Shown here in pieces: positions 54,608 through 63,999 of a stretch of 64,000 nt of DNA. The notes below the pieces were generated by a model. The model made no database searches and was not told the DNA's origin. It was given only the letters and a program-made list of their open reading frames with translations. Numbering within the stretch: the stretch's first letter is position 1; each line of letters starts with the position of its first letter. The DNA is from Rickettsia typhi (GTDB lineage Bacteria; Pseudomonadota; Alphaproteobacteria; Rickettsiales; UBA1997): positions 18,731-82,730 of the forward strand of contig CAMAYG010000001.1 of the NCBI GenBank assembly GCA_945862535.1, given 5' to 3'. Both the position numbers and the translations under genes were made by a program.

Positions 54608-55624
54608 ATGATTGACTTATCTTTTTTTAACAAACCTATAAGCTTTACAAAACTTAGTGTTGTTGGTAATCATTTTATTCTGATTGATTGCCAACAACAA
54701 CAAGATGTTTGGAATATATTAAGGGTAGATTTTCATCCGTTAATCATTAAAGAGCTGTGTCATAGAACAAATATTGGCTGTGACCAGCTTTTAATTATCA
54801 ACAACCAACATAAAAAACACAATTGCACCGCTAATAATCTAAAAAACTCTAGCGATAAAAACAGCGATGAAGATGATATAATGATGAAAATATTTAATGC
54901 CGATGGTAGCGAAGTTGAGGCTTGTGGCAATGCAACAATAGCGGTTGCTCACTACTTATTTACCAACAAAATAAACGATTCAATTGTCGAAACAGATTTT
55001 AACAACAAGCTAAAATCAATCACAATTAATACCGTAGTCGATTCTTTAATCTGCACCCCAATTATAAATAGCAAAAAAGCTCTGGAAGGAGTTTCTGTTT
55101 TATTCACAAAACCAAATTTTCAACCACTATCAATTCCTATCGATACAAAATATATAACATCTAGCGACAATATATCTATATTTAACCATAATTTCTTTGC
55201 TGTTAATGTTGGCAACCCCCATCTTATTTGCTTTATCGACAAAGAAATAAGCGATAACGAATTTTTTAGCATCGCCCCAGAAATTGAGAGACATAAATAC
55301 TTTCCAAAAAAGATTAATGTTGAATTTGCTCGAGTTATCAACGATGAAGAAATTGCGGTAAGAGTCTGGGAAAGGGGCTGTGGCGAAACTTTAGCTTGTG
55401 GAAGTGGTGCTTGCGCCGTGGCATCAGTTGCAATTCGACACAAAATAGTTGATAAAAAAAGCTTAAGAATAAGATTTAAGGGCGGAGATATAAAAATAAA
55501 CTGGAGCGGAAATATAGCGGACAAGATATCTATGACAAATAATGCAAATAATATTTTTTCTGGAAATATTAATGTAAAATGGCTACAAGACTATATAAAA
55601 GTTGTCAAAAAAACTCCGATATAG
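54608..55624 (+). CDS. dapF: Diaminopimelate epimerase DapF with ~27-aa low-complexity insertion
   Basis: 338 aa. F.K....GN.F..ID, catalytic Cys contexts E.CGNAT and ACGSGACA, and VNVGNPHL. The insertion NQHKKHNCTANNLKNSSDKNSDEDD lies at roughly 54803-54884. Confidence 0.88.
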   Translation: MIDLSFFNKPISFTKLSVVGNHFILIDCQQQQDVWNILRVDFHPLIIKELCHRTNIGCDQLLIINNQHKKHNCTANNLKNSSDKNSDEDDIMMKIFNADGSEVEACGNATIAVAHYLFTNKINDSIVETDFNNKLKSITINTVVDSLICTPIINSKKALEGVSVLFTKPNFQPLSIPIDTKYITSSDNISIFNHNFFAVNVGNPHLICFIDKEISDNEFFSIAPEIERHKYFPKKINVEFARVINDEEIAVRVWERGCGETLACGSGACAVASVAIRHKIVDKKSLRIRFKGGDIKINWSGNIADKISMTNNANNIFSGNINVKWLQDYIKVVKKTPI

Positions 55625-55683
55625 CTCTCTTTATATCTAAAAACGATACACCTAACAACAAGTATTGTCGATTGTAAATAAAG

Positions 55684-56955
55684 CTAATTATTAAAACTTT
55701 TTATTCTGTCGACCATTTCATTCTTAAAATTCTTAATTAACCCCTGTACTGGCCAAGCGGCAGCATCTCCTAAGGCACAAATTGTATGTCCTTCTATTTG
55801 TTTGGTTAATTGATACAACTTATCGATTTCTTCTTCCTTAGCATTACCCAGAACCATTCTATCCATAATTCGCATTATCCAGCCAGTTCCTTCTCTGCAA
55901 GGGGTGCATTGACCGCAAGATTCATGTTTATAGAAGTGAGATAGCCTGGCTATTGCCTTGACAATATCGGTGTCTTTGTTCATCACTATCACCCCAGCAG
56001 TTCCAAGGCCAGAACCCACAGCCTTAAGAGAATCGAAATCCATCAAAACAGTATCACAGACATCTTTTTTTAACAATGGAACGGATGAACCGCCAGGAAT
56101 GACAGCAAGAAGATTTTCCCAGCCACCAATAACACCACCGCAATGTTTTTCTATTAACTCTTTTAGTGGAATACCCATTTCCTCTTCAACATTGCAAGGT
56201 TTATTAACATGACCCGATATGCAGAAAATTTTGGTTCCTGTGTTTTTTTCACGACCAAGCGATGCAAACCAAGACGGTCCACGACGAAGTATTGTTGGAA
56301 CTACAGCGATAGACTCTACATTATTAACAACAGTAGGACAGCCGTAGAGGCCAATTAATGCAGGAAAAGGCGGCTTAAGACGAGGTTGACCTTTATTTCC
56401 TTCGATACTCTCTAACAATGCCGTTTCTTCGCCACAAATATAGGCACCAGCACCACGATGAATAAAAATATCGAGATTCCAACCACTATTACAAGCATTA
56501 ATGCCAATTAAATTAGCTTCATATGCCTCGTCAATAGCTTGCTGTAGTATTTGAGCCTCTCTATAATATTCACCACGAATATAAATGTAACAAACATTAG
56601 AATTTATTGCTCTTGATGCTATCAAACATCCTTCGATTAATTTATGCGGTTCGTAACGAATAATGTCTCGATCTTTACAGGTTCCAGGCTCCGATTCATC
56701 GGCATTAACAACTAGATAATGGGGCTTACTATCGCTAGTTTTTTTGGGAATGAAAGACCATTTCATTCCAGTAGGAAAGCCAGCTCCGCCACGACCTCTA
56801 AGACCAGATTCTTTAACCTGTTTAATTATTTCTTCACATCCTAGGTCTAGAAAATTTTTTGTACCACACCAATCACCACGATTTTTTGCAGATTCTAAGT
56901 CTGATGAATTAACACCAGAAAGATTGGAAAATATCTTGTCGGATTCTTTTATCAT
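55684..56955 (-). CDS. nuoF: NADH-quinone oxidoreductase subunit F (NuoF)
   Basis: 423 aa. Motifs [55 protein letters not shown] and the 4Fe-4S ligands [12 protein letters not shown]...C. No other nuo gene is adjacent. Confidence 0.96.
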   Translation of the reverse strand: MIKESDKIFSNLSGVNSSDLESAKNRGDWCGTKNFLDLGCEEIIKQVKESGLRGRGGAGFPTGMKWSFIPKKTSDSKPHYLVVNADESEPGTCKDRDIIRYEPHKLIEGCLIASRAINSNVCYIYIRGEYYREAQILQQAIDEAYEANLIGINACNSGWNLDIFIHRGAGAYICGEETALLESIEGNKGQPRLKPPFPALIGLYGCPTVVNNVESIAVVPTILRRGPSWFASLGREKNTGTKIFCISGHVNKPCNVEEEMGIPLKELIEKHCGGVIGGWENLLAVIPGGSSVPLLKKDVCDTVLMDFDSLKAVGSGLGTAGVIVMNKDTDIVKAIARLSHFYKHESCGQCTPCREGTGWIMRIMDRMVLGNAKEEEIDKLYQLTKQIEGHTICALGDAAAWPVQGLIKNFKNEMVDRIKSFNN

Positions 56956-57251
56956 AATGTAAAATTCTGGTTTTAGTTTATTTTATCTGTTGTTATGTGT
57001 TTTGTATTGATACTGTAAATTATAACAAGGTTTATTTAGTTGCTAAATCTTATTCAATGCATAAAGTTTTTATTGTAAAAAATAGCAAATCAATATATTA
57101 TTGATATTATCAAAAAATCAAGTCTTTATTTTAATTTTATTGTTGATTTTCTTATTTTTATAAATAGATTTTATAAATTATTTTACTAGGATTTTTCTTT
57201 TAATTGTAAACAAGCAATCTCTCTTGACTATAAAACAAACTTTCTTGCTGA

Positions 57252-57260
57252 TGATATAAT
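57252..57260 (+). promoter_or_regulatory. Candidate extended -10 promoter element (TGaTATAAT) upstream of the secretin gene
   Basis: tgatataat lies at 57252-57260, 45 nt upstream of the ATG at 57305. No good -35, which is consistent with extended -10 architecture. -10-like hexamers are common in this AT-rich DNA. Confidence 0.3.
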
Positions 57261-57304
57261 AAATTGCCACTCAAATACAGCTTCACTTACTAAGTAATTA
57301 AAAA

Positions 57305-59110
57305 ATGTTCATAAAAAAACTTTCTAAATTGTTAAAAAATAACAAGAATCAACACTTCAAAAATAAATTCAAAAAGGTAATTTTAGCTCTAAAAGTTTTA
57401 CTAGTTACTAATTTGGTGTTAATAGTTGTATCTTCATGCTCCACGGCACTTAAAAAAGACAATAAAACTAAAAAAAAGAACATATTCGATTACCAGAATT
57501 TCGACAATGAGGCGAATCTTACACAGAACGATGTCGAGAAGGTTTTTAATAAAAATATTGCCAAAAATAACAAACATTTACCAAAGACAGATCAAAAAAC
57601 ACCCGAGGTTCAGGCGGTAAATATTCCAAAATTTTCAAGAATGATAGTGTCTCCACCGCCTCCAAAAATAGGCGGAGACAAAATGATATCTTTTTCAACA
57701 ACAGATCAGGTGCCACTTAAGGATGCACTATTAGAGCTCGGGAGAGTTGCTAATATCGATATTGATATCGACAAAAATATCGATGCAAGAATAATCTTAA
57801 ATGCAAAAAATAGACCGTTAACAGAGGTTTTAGACCGAGTAGCAAGCTTAGCAAATATAATATATTCCTACAAAAATGGAGTGTTGTATTTTGAACAAGA
57901 CAAACACTTTAATAAAAATTACTTTGTTGATTTTTTATCAAATAGTAATATTTGGGAGAATGTGGAAGAGAATATTAAAGAAATTATAAGTAATAGTGCT
58001 ACAGAAAAGGTTGCTGAAGATAAAAATCAGAACACTAGTAACGGTAGTGTTAAAATCAATAAAAATGCCGGGCTAATTAGTGTTTTTGCAAATAGCCAAC
58101 AGCACCAAAATATAAAAAAATACCTAGAAGATGTCTTAGCAGGCTCTTCTTCTCAGGTTTTAATTGAAGCTAAAGTTGTCGAAGTTAATCTGGGTAAAGA
58201 CTTTCAAACAGGAGTAAATTGGAACTATCTTGGCAATAAAGTTGGCACATTGTTAACGGAACTACCAGGACGATTAATAAATGAAACAGTAGCGGGGGTA
58301 GCGGCGGTCGGAGGAGGGATCTCAGATATCGCAAAATTACCACCATTAACGCCTATAAATTCTATTTTCTCAAACTACTATTACAATTCGGCACCACGAC
58401 CTGCACTAACCCTACAGATGACACTAGATCAGCAAAATATAGATTTCACAATGAGATTTTTGGAGCAATTTGGAACTATGCGAGCTTTGTCAAGCCCTAG
58501 GATAGGAGCCATGAACAACCAACAATCAACTTTAGATTTTTCAGAAAAATATATCTATTTTACCGTTGAAGCTAGTCAATCAACAACAATCGCCTCTTCT
58601 GCCAACACAGGACCATCTCAAAACAGCACTGTTTTAACTTATAAAAAAGAAGAAGAGTCGATTGGTACAAAACTTAAAATTACTCCATCTATCAATATAG
58701 AGGAGAAGGAAATATCACTAATAATTGAACCAACTCTCTCAACAAAAGTAGGCGACGTTTTAGAGCCATCAATCAACCCCAGCACTGGTCTATCTCTAAA
58801 CAATAAAATACCTATTATCAAAACTAGAACGCTTAACACTACAGCAAAAATTAGAAGCGGAGAAGTTTTGGTAATAGGCGGTTTGCTTAACGAATCTTCA
58901 GTAAATAACTATGTTGGGGTTCCATTAATTTCTAGACTACCTTTTATCGGATCTTTATTTAGATACAAGATTAAAAACACTCAAACTATTGAAACTGTTA
59001 TTTTTATTAAGGCAACAATAGTAGATAAATATAACGGTGTATCAAAAACAGACAAATTATTTCATGATAAATTTACTGTTGATAATAAAAAATTCCTAAA
59101 CAACAAATAA
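57305..59110 (+). CDS. Secretin-family outer-membrane channel (GspD/PilQ/MshL-like), probable lipoprotein
   Basis: 601 aa. Basic N-terminus, hydrophobic stretch and lipobox-like VSSC (Cys45). An N-domain (ISFSTTDQVPLKDALLELGR...) is followed by the secretin core: QVLIEAKVVEV......G.NW, MRALSSPRI...NQQ, GEVLVIGGL.......VGVP..SRLP.IG.LFR......T..E.VIFI.ATIV. Confidence 0.85.
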   Translation: MFIKKLSKLLKNNKNQHFKNKFKKVILALKVLLVTNLVLIVVSSCSTALKKDNKTKKKNIFDYQNFDNEANLTQNDVEKVFNKNIAKNNKHLPKTDQKTPEVQAVNIPKFSRMIVSPPPPKIGGDKMISFSTTDQVPLKDALLELGRVANIDIDIDKNIDARIILNAKNRPLTEVLDRVASLANIIYSYKNGVLYFEQDKHFNKNYFVDFLSNSNIWENVEENIKEIISNSATEKVAEDKNQNTSNGSVKINKNAGLISVFANSQQHQNIKKYLEDVLAGSSSQVLIEAKVVEVNLGKDFQTGVNWNYLGNKVGTLLTELPGRLINETVAGVAAVGGGISDIAKLPPLTPINSIFSNYYYNSAPRPALTLQMTLDQQNIDFTMRFLEQFGTMRALSSPRIGAMNNQQSTLDFSEKYIYFTVEASQSTTIASSANTGPSQNSTVLTYKKEEESIGTKLKITPSINIEEKEISLIIEPTLSTKVGDVLEPSINPSTGLSLNNKIPIIKTRTLNTTAKIRSGEVLVIGGLLNESSVNNYVGVPLISRLPFIGSLFRYKIKNTQTIETVIFIKATIVDKYNGVSKTDKLFHDKFTVDNKKFLNNK

Positions 59111-59111
59111 A

Positions 59112-60929
59112 ATGTTAAATATTAACAAATTACTAAAAAATATATTCCTAGAAAAATTACTTGCAGTAGCCAAAGATGAACAGGTAGAAGTATTGCAAAA
59201 TGACATTCAATACTTTACAGTGGAACCAAGCAAACAAGAGAATCATGGCGACTTTGCTTGTAATATTGCAATGATATTTTCAAAAACATTCGAAGATATT
59301 AAGCCTCAAGCATTAGCACAAAAAATTATTGACAAAATAATTCTAGATAAAAATATTTATAAAGATTTCATCAGCAAAATAGCGGTTGCAGGCCCTGGTT
59401 TTATCAATATAACACTGGGTAACAAAATATTAGCACAAGTTTTAGCAAGCCTTAGCGATAACTTTTATAATAAAAAGTTTTTATTTGAACAAGCTAGCGA
59501 GACCTATAAAATTAATCTAGAATATGCCTCGCCTAACCCTACAGGGCCAATGCATGTTGGGCATAGCAGAGGGGCAATTTATGGCGATGTTTTGGCAAAA
59601 ATTCTTCACCTAAACGGTTTTGAGGTTTTAAAAGAATATTATATAAACGATGCTGGCAGTCAAATTAAAACCTTATTAGAATCTGTATTTATCAGATATC
59701 TTCAGCTTTGCGGCATCAAAAAGGACCTAGAAAAAGATTTCTATCCTGGAGAATATCTTATTCCTGTTGCGAAAAAAATTCAGGATCAACATGGCGCGAG
59801 TTTAGTAGATAAAAATTATGGTGAATATTCTTTATTGATACAAGATTTAGTCTTGCAAGAAATGATGTGTATCATAAAAAGCGACCTACTAGCTTTAAAG
59901 ATTACTCACAACAGCTACTTTTCCGAATATCAAAATCTGCATCAAACCAATAAAATAGAAGAAGCGATAGCTATTTTAAAGAAAAAAGATCTCCTATATT
60001 ACGGAACGGTAGAAAACCCAAAAGATCCTGCTAAAGCAGAAAAAACTATTGCCAACAATAATAAATCGGCACAACAAGAACAGCAACTTATATTTCGTAG
60101 CACTAATTTTGGCGACGATCAGGATAGAGTAGTAAAAAAATCAAATGGCGAATATTCCTATTTTGCAGCAGATCTTGCCTATATTCTTAGCAAATATCAA
60201 AGAGGGGCAAAGCTTTTTATAATGCCACTAGGATACGATCATGCTGGATATATTAAGAGATTAGAAGCGGCAACGGCAGTTTTAACTAATAACGAAGCTA
60301 AAATAAAGGTTATACTTTGTCAAATGGTTAAATTTATTAAAAATGGCGAGCCGTTAAAAATGTCTAAAAGAGCTGGCAATTTTATTACCGCCAAAGAAGT
60401 TATCGATGAAATTGGTGCCGATGTTTTAAGGTTTATCATGTTAACAAGGAAAAACGATGCCCCTTTTGACTTCGATCTAGCTAATGTTGTTCGGCAATCA
60501 AAAGATAATCCTGTATTTTATGTTCAATATGCCCATTCTCGCTGTTGTTCTATTTTGAGAAATGCAGAATTAGAGAATATCAATCTCGAAGAAGTTATTA
60601 AAAGCCATTCAAATCTAGAAGCTTTAATATCAAATCATCTAACTCAACCAGAAGAAATATCTTTAATTAAAAAAATTAGCAACTTTCCTAGGGTAATTGA
60701 AATAGTTATTAACAACTTAGAGCCTCATCGTATAGCGTTTTATTTACAAGATTTAGCCTCGGATTTTCATCGATTATGGCATTGTGGTAACGAAAACCAT
60801 CAATTAAAGTTTATCAATAAAGAACAAAAAGAAGTAACTATTGCTCGCTTAATTTTAGCATTAGCGGTCAAAAAAATTATTGCCACAGCTCTTGATATAT
60901 TAAGCATAGAGCCATTAGAATCAATGTAA
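59112..60929 (+). CDS. argS: Arginine--tRNA ligase ArgS
   Basis: 605 aa. Class I motifs SPNPTGPMHVGHSRG and KMSKRAGN, plus YYINDAG.Q and the C-terminal DALR domain (YVQYAHSR). Confidence 0.95.
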   Translation: MLNINKLLKNIFLEKLLAVAKDEQVEVLQNDIQYFTVEPSKQENHGDFACNIAMIFSKTFEDIKPQALAQKIIDKIILDKNIYKDFISKIAVAGPGFINITLGNKILAQVLASLSDNFYNKKFLFEQASETYKINLEYASPNPTGPMHVGHSRGAIYGDVLAKILHLNGFEVLKEYYINDAGSQIKTLLESVFIRYLQLCGIKKDLEKDFYPGEYLIPVAKKIQDQHGASLVDKNYGEYSLLIQDLVLQEMMCIIKSDLLALKITHNSYFSEYQNLHQTNKIEEAIAILKKKDLLYYGTVENPKDPAKAEKTIANNNKSAQQEQQLIFRSTNFGDDQDRVVKKSNGEYSYFAADLAYILSKYQRGAKLFIMPLGYDHAGYIKRLEAATAVLTNNEAKIKVILCQMVKFIKNGEPLKMSKRAGNFITAKEVIDEIGADVLRFIMLTRKNDAPFDFDLANVVRQSKDNPVFYVQYAHSRCCSILRNAELENINLEEVIKSHSNLEALISNHLTQPEEISLIKKISNFPRVIEIVINNLEPHRIAFYLQDLASDFHRLWHCGNENHQLKFINKEQKEVTIARLILALAVKKIIATALDILSIEPLESM

Positions 60930-60953
60930 TTAACTTATTAAAGTTTATAAAAT

Positions 60954-62189
60954 ATGGACGATTTTGGCTACCAAAAAACTAGTAAAAAATTAACAGCTAA
61001 AATCAATTATCGCCGATACCTAGTCTTGATTTTATTAATAATTTCTATCGCAGGCTTTTTGGTTATTGCTGGTGAGGCATATTACTTAAGTATTTTTAAA
61101 GATAATAAAAAAGTCATAACAATACTTCCGCCCTCTGGCCCGCTGAAAGTAGCTAACAATCAACAGCACAATGAATTAGAAAATGTTAACACTAGCGCGG
61201 TTTACGAAGAAATTTTTGGAGATCGTAAAGTTGACGAAGAAATAGGCAAAACCGTTGTAATTACTCAACCAGAACCCCCTTCCCCAGCTAAAAACATCCC
61301 GTTAACAGAGGGTTATCTTGCTAAAGAAGATGATTTAGAACAGCAAATAGGTTATACAGAGACGGTTTCAAAAACAACAAATAACAACTTAAAAATAACA
61401 AATATTTCAGCAAAAGAAATAATCGATCCTAAAAAAGACAACAAACCTAATAACAAAGATATAACAAAAAATTCCAGTAAAAACCCTGAAAAAGATAATG
61501 AAAAACATAGTGAAAAACATGATTCAAGAAACTTGGAACCAGCTATTAGTAAGCTTGAGAACAAAGTTAAAGACCAAAGTTTGCTTTTCCACCTAAATCA
61601 ACCACCAAGCAAGTCGCAAATCATAACCCCAATTTTACAACATAATAAAAAAGACGAAAAAGGCGAAAAAGGCGAAAAAAATCAATCAGGGCAAAATGAA
61701 GAAACGGTAAAGTTAAAGCAACAATCAAAGAAAGATGAAGATTTAGAAGAATCGAAGAAGAATTTACTGGTGCCAAAAAACAACAGTGGCGGTATAATTA
61801 TTTTTAACGAGCAAAACAAAGCTAAGAACAAAGAGATACTAATTTTAGACAACAGAAATCAAAAACCAATAAAATCTCAGCAAAATCAAAAAGAAGATCT
61901 TCAAAACAAACAAAACGACAAAAAATCTAAGAGAATGATGGTGCAAATTGCCGCAATGTCTTCTAAATCTAATACCGAGAAGATGTGGAAGCAAATTAGC
62001 AAGAATAATCCAAAATTTTTCAAAGGTCTTTCTTATAAAATTGAAGAAGTAAATTTGGGCTCAAAGGGATTATTTTATCGATTAAAAGTTGGATCTTTCG
62101 CCAATCAAATCGAGGCAGAAAAATTCTGTAACAAATATTTAGCTAGCAGTAACAAAAAGAGCAATTCGGATTGCTTGATGGTAGAGTAA
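60954..62189 (+). CDS. SPOR-domain protein (TM anchor, long K/N/E/Q-rich linker, C-terminal SPOR)
   Basis: 411 aa. TM helix YLVLILLIISIAGFLVIAG. C-terminal SPOR pattern: VQIAAMSS...........K....F......I.........YRLKVG.F.....A..FC. The argS-SPOR gene pair is common in alphaproteobacteria. Confidence 0.8.
   Translation: MDDFGYQKTSKKLTAKINYRRYLVLILLIISIAGFLVIAGEAYYLSIFKDNKKVITILPPSGPLKVANNQQHNELENVNTSAVYEEIFGDRKVDEEIGKTVVITQPEPPSPAKNIPLTEGYLAKEDDLEQQIGYTETVSKTTNNNLKITNISAKEIIDPKKDNKPNNKDITKNSSKNPEKDNEKHSEKHDSRNLEPAISKLENKVKDQSLLFHLNQPPSKSQIITPILQHNKKDEKGEKGEKNQSGQNEETVKLKQQSKKDEDLEESKKNLLVPKNNSGGIIIFNEQNKAKNKEILILDNRNQKPIKSQQNQKEDLQNKQNDKKSKRMMVQIAAMSSKSNTEKMWKQISKNNPKFFKGLSYKIEEVNLGSKGLFYRLKVGSFANQIEAEKFCNKYLASSNKKSNSDCLMVE
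61653..61679. repeat. In-frame 9-bp x3 tandem repeat inside the SPOR-protein linker
   Basis: gacgaaaaa / ggcgaaaaa / ggcgaaaaa at 61653, 61662 and 61671. It encodes DEK GEK GEK. Confidence 0.8.
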
Positions 62190-62195
62190 AGAGAT

Positions 62196-63155
62196 ATGAA
62201 GGACATTTTATTAACATCTAAATCTCTTGCAAAAGTTAATCTATTCTTAAATGTTGAAGAAGTTGTTGGCAATGAAAAATATCATAACCTAACCTCTTTA
62301 ATGGCATTTGTTGATTTATCTGACAAAATCACAATAAGCAACGACAGCTATCAATTTAAATTATCGATAAACAATGGCAAAAAAAATCGGGCGGGAAAGG
62401 ATTTATTCGATATAGATGGTGATAAAAATATATTATTTAAGGTTGTTGAGTATTTTGCAAAAGAATTTAAAATTAATACCAACATATCAATAAAACTAGA
62501 GAAAAATATTCCAATCGCGGCCGGTCTTGGCGGAGGCTCTGGCAATGCGGCAACCTTAATATTAATGATAAATAAAATTGCTAACTTAAAGCTAGATAAA
62601 AAAGAGTTAAAGAAGATTGCTTTCATTTTTGGTTGCGATGTGCCGTTTTTTATGGAAGAAAAGGCTAGCTTGGTCTCTAGCCGTGGCGAAAAAATTATTA
62701 AAAATATCGACTTTTCACCACAAGATATTTTATTAATTAATCCAAATATCCCTCTTTCTACCGCAGAGGTTTTTAAAGAATTCGACTTGCATAAAAATTC
62801 AACATATTGTCAAGAAAAGCAATTTATCGAGACGGAGCTGATGTCTAAACATTTAAAGAACCTTAATATAACCGCAGAGGAGCTTTTTTTAATTGCCAAA
62901 AACATTGGCAATAATCTGGAAGAGCCAGCAAAACAATTATTGCCAATAATCAATAATATTATTGCGGATTTGAATATTTTTAAACCAGAAGTAGCAATGA
63001 TGTCTGGAAGTGGCTCTAGTTGCTTTGGAATTTTCTCTAATAAGGAAAATTTAGACATGGCGGAAGAGTATTTTAACAAAAAATATCCTAGCTTTTTTAT
63101 TGCCAAAACTAAAATTTTAGCAGATAATCCGAGTGCTAAAGACCTTATTAACTAA
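62196..63155 (+). CDS. ispE: 4-diphosphocytidyl-2-C-methyl-D-erythritol kinase IspE
   Basis: 319 aa. KVNLFL start region, GHMP-kinase motif KNIPIAAGLGGGSGNAA and SGSGS.CFG.F. Confidence 0.9.
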   Translation: MKDILLTSKSLAKVNLFLNVEEVVGNEKYHNLTSLMAFVDLSDKITISNDSYQFKLSINNGKKNRAGKDLFDIDGDKNILFKVVEYFAKEFKINTNISIKLEKNIPIAAGLGGGSGNAATLILMINKIANLKLDKKELKKIAFIFGCDVPFFMEEKASLVSSRGEKIIKNIDFSPQDILLINPNIPLSTAEVFKEFDLHKNSTYCQEKQFIETELMSKHLKNLNITAEELFLIAKNIGNNLEEPAKQLLPIINNIIADLNIFKPEVAMMSGSGSSCFGIFSNKENLDMAEEYFNKKYPSFFIAKTKILADNPSAKDLIN

Positions 63156-63165
63156 AAATAAAATA

Positions 63166-63615
63166 TTACCCAAATAGATTTTTCGCCCTTTCTTCGAAAG
63201 CAGAGATCATTTTTTGTGAGGCGATAGTGAAAACTGAAGACAGCATTTTATCTATCAAACGAGAAGAAAATTCAAAATTAATTTCGCAACTAACATTACT
63301 AACATCGCTATCTATTGCTATAATATGCCATTTTGTTTCGAGTTTTCTAAAAGGTCCGCTAATTGCTTTGGCAGTAACGGTAAAATTTTTCTTATCTGCA
63401 TCAAAGTCACCAACAACTAATGAGGTGTATTTCTGCATAACTGCCTTAAAATTAACCGTTAAATCTGCTTCAAATTGATTAATATCGATATATTTTGTGA
63501 TTTTAGCAAATTTACACCAAGGTAAGAATTCTGGGTAGGATTCGACATCGATAATTATTTGATATAATTTTTCTGCAGAATAGTTAAGAATTTTATCCTG
63601 ATAAAAGTGCGACAT
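63166..63615 (-). CDS. ratA: SRPBCC-family RatA / COQ10-like (polyketide cyclase-dehydrase fold) protein
   Basis: 149 aa. The pattern Y.IIIDVE.YPEFLPWC............A.L.V.F......Y.S................GPF..L...W.......... is as in RatA/YfjG and mitochondrial COQ10. Confidence 0.8.
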   Translation of the reverse strand: MSHFYQDKILNYSAEKLYQIIIDVESYPEFLPWCKFAKITKYIDINQFEADLTVNFKAVMQKYTSLVVGDFDADKKNFTVTAKAISGPFRKLETKWHIIAIDSDVSNVSCEINFEFSSRLIDKMLSSVFTIASQKMISAFEERAKNLFG

Positions 63616-63711
63616 TTTGTTTAATTAGTGTTTTAGTTGCTATTATGTACCACACTTCCCATATTAAAATAAACAATTAGCTAAATTTAGCTGTATTTCG
63701 TTGTTAGAATC

Positions 63712-63999
63712 TTATTTAGCGGGCTGTTGTTGCTTTATGAAAAAGATATTCAAATAACCTAGTGTTAGGCCAAATTTCTTTATTTTTGATTCATTGATTA
63801 GATATTTATCGTCTATCAAGTAGAGCCAGTCTTCGATATTAACCTTTATTGGCTTCTTATCTACATAAATCTTTAATTGGTAGTCCATTCTTACCGTATT
63901 GCCAAATTGCTGTCCGCGAGCATCTATTGTTGTATCATTTGCCTTACCAGAAAAGTTATTTTCATCAATAAAATCGAATTGCCAATCTCTATATTGCAC
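63712..63999 (-). CDS. DUF3833-family protein, C-terminal part only (gene continues beyond the window end)
   Basis: 95 codons run open to the window edge. A.G...GN.....Y.L.......P..V...DW.YLIDD..L.N......KFG...G......K resembles the C-terminus of DUF3833 lipoproteins (recall-based). Confidence 0.55.
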   Translation of the reverse strand: MQYRDWQFDFIDENNFSGKANDTTIDARGQQFGNTVRMDYQLKIYVDKKPIKVNIEDWLYLIDDKYLINESKIKKFGLTLGYLNIFFIKQQQPAK

